From NCBI GenBank assembly GCA_032718475.1, contig JAUCBJ010001288.1, positions 1 through 37,616 of the forward strand: a stretch of 37,616 nucleotides of DNA, written 5' to 3'. This DNA comes from Nemertoderma westbladi (taxonomy: Eukaryota; Animalia; Xenacoelomorpha). Below the pieces are notes generated by a model, which saw only the letters and a list, made by a program, of their open reading frames with translations, did not search any database and had not been told where the DNA came from. A program made the translations under genes and the position numbers. This document shows positions 32,031 to 37,616 of the stretch, in pieces; position 1 is the first letter of the stretch; each line of letters opens with the position of its first letter.

Positions 32031-33598
32031 TACCTACCGCTAAAAGATCCCTACTTGCTCCACCAAAGCCTTGTTAAATATATGTGTGAGTAAGCCTACC
32101 TACCGCTAAAAGACCCCCACTTGTTCCACTAAAGCCTTGTTAAATAAATGTGTGAGTAGAGTAAGCCTACCAGCCTTATTAAATAAATGTGTGAGTGAGC
32201 CTACCAGCCTTATTAAATAAATATGTGAGTAAGCCTACCTACCAGCCTTATTAAATAAATGTGTGAGTAAGCCTACCTACCAGCCTTATTAAATAAATGT
32301 GTGAGTAAGCCTACCAGCCTTATTAAATAAATGTGTGAGTAAGCCTACCAGCCTTATTAAATAAATGTGTGAGTAAGCCTACCAGCCTTATTAAATAAAT
32401 GTGTGAGTAAGCCTACCTACCAGCCTTATTAAATAAATGTGTGAATAAGCCTACCAGCCTTATTAAATAAATGTGTGAGTAAGCCTACCTACCAGCCTTA
32501 TTAAATAAATGTGTGAGTAAGCCTACCAGCCTTATTAAATAAATGTGTGAGTAAGCCTACCAGCCTTATTAAATATATGTGTGAGTAAGCCTACCAGCCT
32601 TATTAATAAATGTGTGAGTAAGCCTACCTACCAGCCTTATTAAATAAATGTGTGAGTAAGCCTACCTACCAGCCTTATTAAATGAATGTGTGAGTAAGCC
32701 TACCTACCGCTAAAAGACCCCCACTCGTTCCACTAAAGCCTTGTTAAATAAATGTGTGAGTAGAGTAAGCCTACCAGCCTTATTAAATAAATGTGTGAGT
32801 AAGCCTACCAGCCTTATTAAATAAATGTGTGAGTAAGCCTACCTACCAGCCTTATTAAATAAATGTGTGAGTAAGCCTACCAGCCTTATTAAATAAATGT
32901 GTGAGTAAGCCTACCAGCCTTATTAAATAAATGTGTGAGTAAGCCTACCAGCCTTATTAAATAAATGTGTGAGTAAGCCTACCTACCGACCTTATTAAAT
33001 AAATGTGTGAGTAAGCCTACCAGCCTTATTAAATAAATGTGTGAGTAAGCCTACCAGCCTTATTAAATAAATGTGTGAGTAAGCCTACCAGCCTTATTAA
33101 ATAAATGTGTGAGTAAGCCTACCAGCCTTATTAAATAAATGTGTGAGTAAGCCTACCAGCCTTATTAAATAAATGTGTGAGTAAGCCTACCAGCCTCTTA
33201 TTAAATAAATGTGTGAGTAAGCCTCCTACCAGCCTTATTAAATAAATGTGTGAGTAAGCCTACCAGCCTTATTAAATAAATGTGTGAGTAAGCCTACCAG
33301 CCTTATTAAATAAATGTGTGAGTAAGCCTACCAGCCTTATTAAATAAATGTGTGAATAAGCTTACCAGCCTTATTAAATAAATGTGTGAGTAAGCCTACC
33401 AGCCTTGTTAAATAAATGTGTGAGTAAGCCTACCAGCCTTATTAAATAAATGTGTGAGTAAGCCTACCAGCCTTATTAAATAAATGTGTGAGTAAGCCTA
33501 CCAGCCTTATTAAATAAATGTGTGAGTAAGCCTACCAGCCTTATTAAATAAATGTGTGAGTAAGCCTACCAGCCTTATTAAATAAATGTGTGAGTAAG
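32031..33598. repeat. Intronic 34/38-bp satellite with a few 66-bp units
   Basis: GAGTAAGCCTACC(TACC)AGCCTTATTAAATAAATGTGT tandem; 66-bp units at ~32031-32155 and ~32695-32760. Confidence 0.95.
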
Positions 33599-33706
33599 TC
33601 TATACCTATGCAAAATTGCTTCATATTTTTATCTAATGATGAAAGCTAAAATATTATCGAATAAATAGATAAATAGTTGAAAGTTACGCAATAATTATTG
33701 TTTTAG

Positions 33707-34336
33707 GATAATGACCAAGAAGAAGTAGATCTGGCTACCACCCAAAGCATGTTAAACAAAAGAGGGTCGCTTCAGGACGGGATAAAGATTCAACAAAGAG
33801 TTGATGGATCTGTTGACTTTTACCGTATCTGGAACGAATACGTTAATGGATTTGGCAACCCGAATACCAATTTTTGGTTGGGGTTGGAGGAGATCCACGA
33901 GCTGAGTAAAGGCGGGGTGAAATTGAGGGTCGATTTGTGGTTCACTGGAAAGGGTTATGAAGATCCCAATTACGGAGGGGCTCAAGATAATGGAATAGTG
34001 AAGTTTTACACCAACGAACACAAATACGCGGAATACGACAACTTCTCTATCGGATCAGCTGCAACTAATTATCGCCTAGATGTATCCGGTTACCATGGTA
34101 CTGCTGGTGACTCATTGAGGATCCAAAACGGTGATCAATTCACTACCAAGGACCGCGATAATGACCCTGATCGACTCAACTGCGCCGTAGAACTTACTGG
34201 GGCGTGGTGGTACAACAGCTGCGCGACCAGTAACTTGAACGGAGAATATGGTGCGCAGTATGGGAAAGGACCTCATTGGTATTCTTTTACTAGATGGAGT
34301 CCGGCTTCTCGAGTTGAAATGAAGATTTGGATTTAG
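33707..34336 (+). CDS. Exon 2 of fibrinogen-related (FReD) protein, ficolin/tachylectin-like; spliced product 242 aa
   Basis: TTGTTTTAG acceptor; DNDQEEVDLATTQSMLNKR then IQQRVDGSVDFYRIWNEYVNGFG, FWLGLEEIH, LRVDL, YAEYDNF, GTAGDSL, FTTKDRDND, NCA...GAWWYNSCATSNLNG, VEMKI*. Confidence 0.93.
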   Translation, partial: DNDQEEVDLATTQSMLNKRGSLQDGIKIQQRVDGSVDFYRIWNEYVNGFGNPNTNFWLGLEEIHELSKGGVKLRVDLWFTGKGYEDPNYGGAQDNGIVKFYTNEHKYAEYDNFSIGSAATNYRLDVSGYHGTAGDSLRIQNGDQFTTKDRDNDPDRLNCAVELTGAWWYNSCATSNLNGEYGAQYGKGPHWYSFTRWSPASRVEMKIWI

Positions 34337-35627
34337 TAAAACTGTAAGTTTTATATAAAATTACTGAATAATTTCAATAGAGTTGCGTTGGAAACTAACT
34401 TTTATATTTAATTATAAAATTAATTTTTATTCTACGAGTAAAACCACTTGCCGCGGGTAGGAAACGCAATGTGTGAACAATTTAATATTAAAGATTTAAT
34501 TTTATTTCACTAAATTCCTAATGACCTCCATCACCATCTCTATGAAATATTCTGCTATTTGGTTGCTTTAAAGTATTTCGTATAACATTTCTATATGGAA
34601 AATAAATAAACAATGAGTGATTCCATTCAAATTCGACAAATCTCGGTGGCACTCATTTTTTTAAAATGATTCGATCTTTACCAAATTTACAGGGTCTGAC
34701 GATATTGCTATTATTAAGTTATGTTGAAAATTTCAACAAATTTGGTTCATTAGAACCGAAGTTATGGCCATTTTAAATTTCGTGTTTTTAATAAAATTCA
34801 ATATTTTCAAAAATAAAACTTGATGTAACTTTGGTGTACATAGTCCCCAGGATTTCAAACACACATCAAATTATAATATATGAGTAGTACTGTTTGCTAC
34901 TGAAAGCCCGAAGAACAACAATTTTTAAAACCAATTTTATTTTTTACTTTAATTTGGTCATCATTTTATATTTTCCAATAATATACCCCAATTTAATAGT
35001 TAATTTTATTCACTTCAGAATTAGATAATTAACCAAGCTTTGCGGCAACTTTATACATACACTATTTATAAACCAGATTATATTTATTATAAACATCAAT
35101 TATCAATATAAGCGTTTTTATAATTAATTTAATTTAGCAAAAATGTCAAAAAGTCGTTTTTTAAAAGTGCCTGTACAAATGAATTTTTAATTAATATTTG
35201 GTATGTAAGTTCATTGTAGATAATTAAATCGATGTAGAAAGTGTGAATAGATAACGGGCTTTAGCGTTGATTTAATTTACATTCAAAGTTTAGTGCGGGG
35301 CGGCATTTCTTCAAACAAACCGCCCATTGATTGACAGCCAACTAGTAGCGCCTCTCTGCTGGAGATCGCTGCTCCAGCTCTGCTTTAGGCTTTTAGCGGC
35401 AGTCCAGTTAGTTAGACTTGGTTTCTCTGTTCAGAGTTCGGCTCCCAGCAACTTGATTCACTCGGATTAAACTTTCGGTTCTACTTAAATTCTCAAGTTC
35501 GTTATGTTAACATAGATTATGATTTGGAAATACATAATTTTGTTACGTTTTTAACATAAATTTAAACTTGTAATACAATAAGTCTAATATAAGATAAATA
35601 ATAAGTAATAATAGGGTGTAAACGTTA

Positions 35628-36233
35628 AGCAGACAGTGGTGCAGACAGTGGTGCAGACAGTGGTGCAGACACTGGTGCATACAGTGGTGCAGACACTCGT
35701 GCAGACAGTGATGCAGACAGTGGTGCAGACAGTGGTGCAAACACTGTTGCAGACAGTGGTGCATACAGTGGTGCAGACACTGGTGCATGCAGTGGTGCAT
35801 ACAGTGGTGCAGACACTGGTGCATGCAGTGGTGCATGCACTGGTGCAGACAGTGGTGCAGACACTGGTGCAGACAGTGGTGCAAACACTGGTGTAGACAG
35901 TGGTGCAGACAGTGGTGCTACCACTGGCGCAGACAGTGGTGCATACAGTGGTGCAGACACTCGTGCAGACAGTGGTGCATACAGTGGTGCAGACACTGAT
36001 GTATACAGTGGTGCAGGCACTGGTGCATACAGTGGTGCAGACACTGGTGCAGACACTGGTGTAGACAGTGGTGCAGACAGTGGTGCAGACACTGGTGCAG
36101 GCATTAGTGCAGACACTGGTGCAGACAGTGGTGCAGACAGTGGCGCAGATAGTGGTGCAGACAGTGGTGCAGACAGTGGTGTAGACATTGGTGCAGATAG
36201 TGGTGCAGACAGTGAGTGCAGATACCTGGTGCA
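35628..36233 (+). repeat. 12-bp tandem array (GCAGACAGTGGT)n, ~50 copies
   Basis: Directly visible; it generates the SAPL, VQTV and HHCL pseudo-ORFs. Confidence 0.95.
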
Positions 36234-36913
36234 GCCATCTCTATCTGATAGATTAAGTTCAATATATAACGCAATTTAAATTGCATTTAATTATGTAATA
36301 TAATTTGACCAGTACAAGGGCGCGGATAAAATATATTTATATAACACATGTACGACTGTTCGTACATTATTATGTATAACACACACTAGGGCGATATAAA
36401 TTAAGCTCAATATAACGAATTTAAATTGCATTTAATTATAAATATATAATACCATTTAACCTAGCCAGATAATGAAGCTACTTGTTTGACTTCCAGTTCT
36501 AATGTGTCCCAAGACCCACACATTTCCAGCACCTTTTCTTCAAACTCGACAGTGCTACGGCAATTGCAAAGAGTTTCAATAACGTTTTTATACAGTACTA
36601 CTAAAATTCTACTACATTACAGTTATAATAATAAGAGTGTTAATTTCCAATACTTATTTATCGAATATCGATAATAACAATTACATTCGAATTAGTTGCC
36701 AACAAGTCAGACTGACGACTGAGCATGAGACAATAATTTGATTATCCCGTTTTATTATAAGCTGTGACTCCAGTAAAGGTAAACAAATTAAACATACCCG
36801 CATCTCGTTATTTAACATTTTAATTTCAACTTGGATCTTTTATGATTAAAAAGTATATTAACCTCTCGGTTAGACATTTAACATTTATATTATTTGGTTT
36901 TGCGGTAAAGTTT

Positions 36914-37031
36914 TCAAGGAATTAGGATTAAGCAACAGCGTTTGATTGTTTATAAAACTTATATTACTTATATAAAACTTAAAACTTTTATAAAACAATC
37001 AAAAACTGTCGCTTAAGCCTCATTCCTTTGA
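36914..37031. repeat. Short imperfect inverted repeat (MITE-like hairpin)
   Basis: TCAAGGAATTAGGATTAAGCAACAGCGTTTGATTGTTTATAAAA pairs with TTTATAAAACAATCAAAAACTGTCGCTTAAGCCTCATTCCTTTGA. Confidence 0.65.
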
Positions 37032-37323
37032 GTCACTGCTGCTCGCAGTTTGTATACATTAATATAATTCATATCATCATATTTCTTAGAATAGTTTAGA
37101 ATAGATTAATGAATTAAATTCGCTAAGCTGTCTTGTAGTAGTGGGGGGAAAAGACACGCAGTCATTTCGAATTCGTGCAAAAGTTTCGTTTTTTAGAACT
37201 GTTTGAAGGAATTCATAAATGAATCAATTAATCAAATTAATCAACTCTCAAAATTTATTTAGGTTCACTGGGAGCCATGGCAACGGGCCTATATGGTAGT
37301 TTTTCATGTTTTTCATGTCTGGT

Positions 37324-37616
37324 TTGCACCAGTGTCTGCACCAGGTGTCTGCACCATTGTCTGCACCAGTGTCTGCACCAGGTGTCTGCACCATTGTCTG
37401 CACCAGTGTCTGCTCCAGTATCTGCACCACTGTCTGCACTAGTGTTTGCACCACTATCTGCACCACTGTCTACACCACTGTCTGCACCACGGTCTGCACC
37501 ACTGTCTGCACCAGTGTTTGCACCACTGTCTGCACCAGTGTCTGCACCAGGTGTCTGCATCATTGTCTGCACCAGTGTCTGCTCCAGTATCTGCACCACT
37601 GTCTGCACCAGTGTTT
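37324..37616 (-). repeat. Same 12-bp array in reverse orientation, cut by the window end
   Basis: (ACCACTGTCTGC)n is the reverse complement of the 35628-36233 unit. Confidence 0.93.

Noticed and set aside
27400-33598. CRISPR array
   Set aside because: Units are head to tail with no unique spacers, there are no cas genes, and the context is a eukaryotic intron.
34640-35330. Possible non-autonomous DNA transposon (GAAAATTTCA..., GAAGTTATGGCC motifs)
   Set aside because: The motifs are suggestive, but I could not define TIRs or a TSD.
35543-37608. SAPL/VQTV/HHCL/GADT repeat proteins
   Set aside because: 12-bp arrays are open in several frames; no splice or start context supports coding.

Overview
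Repeat-rich animal (probably invertebrate) genomic DNA, not prokaryotic. (1) 137-18733: a very large, decayed BEL/Pao LTR retrotransposon with 1040-bp TG..CA LTRs about 98% identical. Its gag is split by an antisense, 5'-truncated RTE-type LINE. In the env position it carries a ~1360-codon ORF3 with a DEDDy (WRN/EXD/RNase D-like) 3'-5' exonuclease domain and CCHC zinc knuckles. It has no tRNA primer-binding site: the 13 nt directly after the 5' LTR are the perfect reverse complement of a 13-mer inside the LTR, a Tf1-like self-priming signature. The polypurine tract position holds an A/T tract instead. This combination is the best candidate for an undescribed system. (2) 18734-19193: tyrosine-recombinase relic. 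(3) 19532-25548: a non-autonomous Mutator-like element with a 9-bp TSD, containing a complete decayed Gypsy element and a second small TIR element. (4) 26941-34336: a two-exon host gene for a secreted fibrinogen-related protein (signal peptide, acidic pro-segment ending in KR, truncated FReD domain). Its 6.7-kb intron is filled with 66-bp and 34/38-bp satellites and a tRNA-derived SINE. (5) Two oppositely oriented 12-bp arrays at the end of the window. All calls are by-eye motif recognition; no database searches were run.
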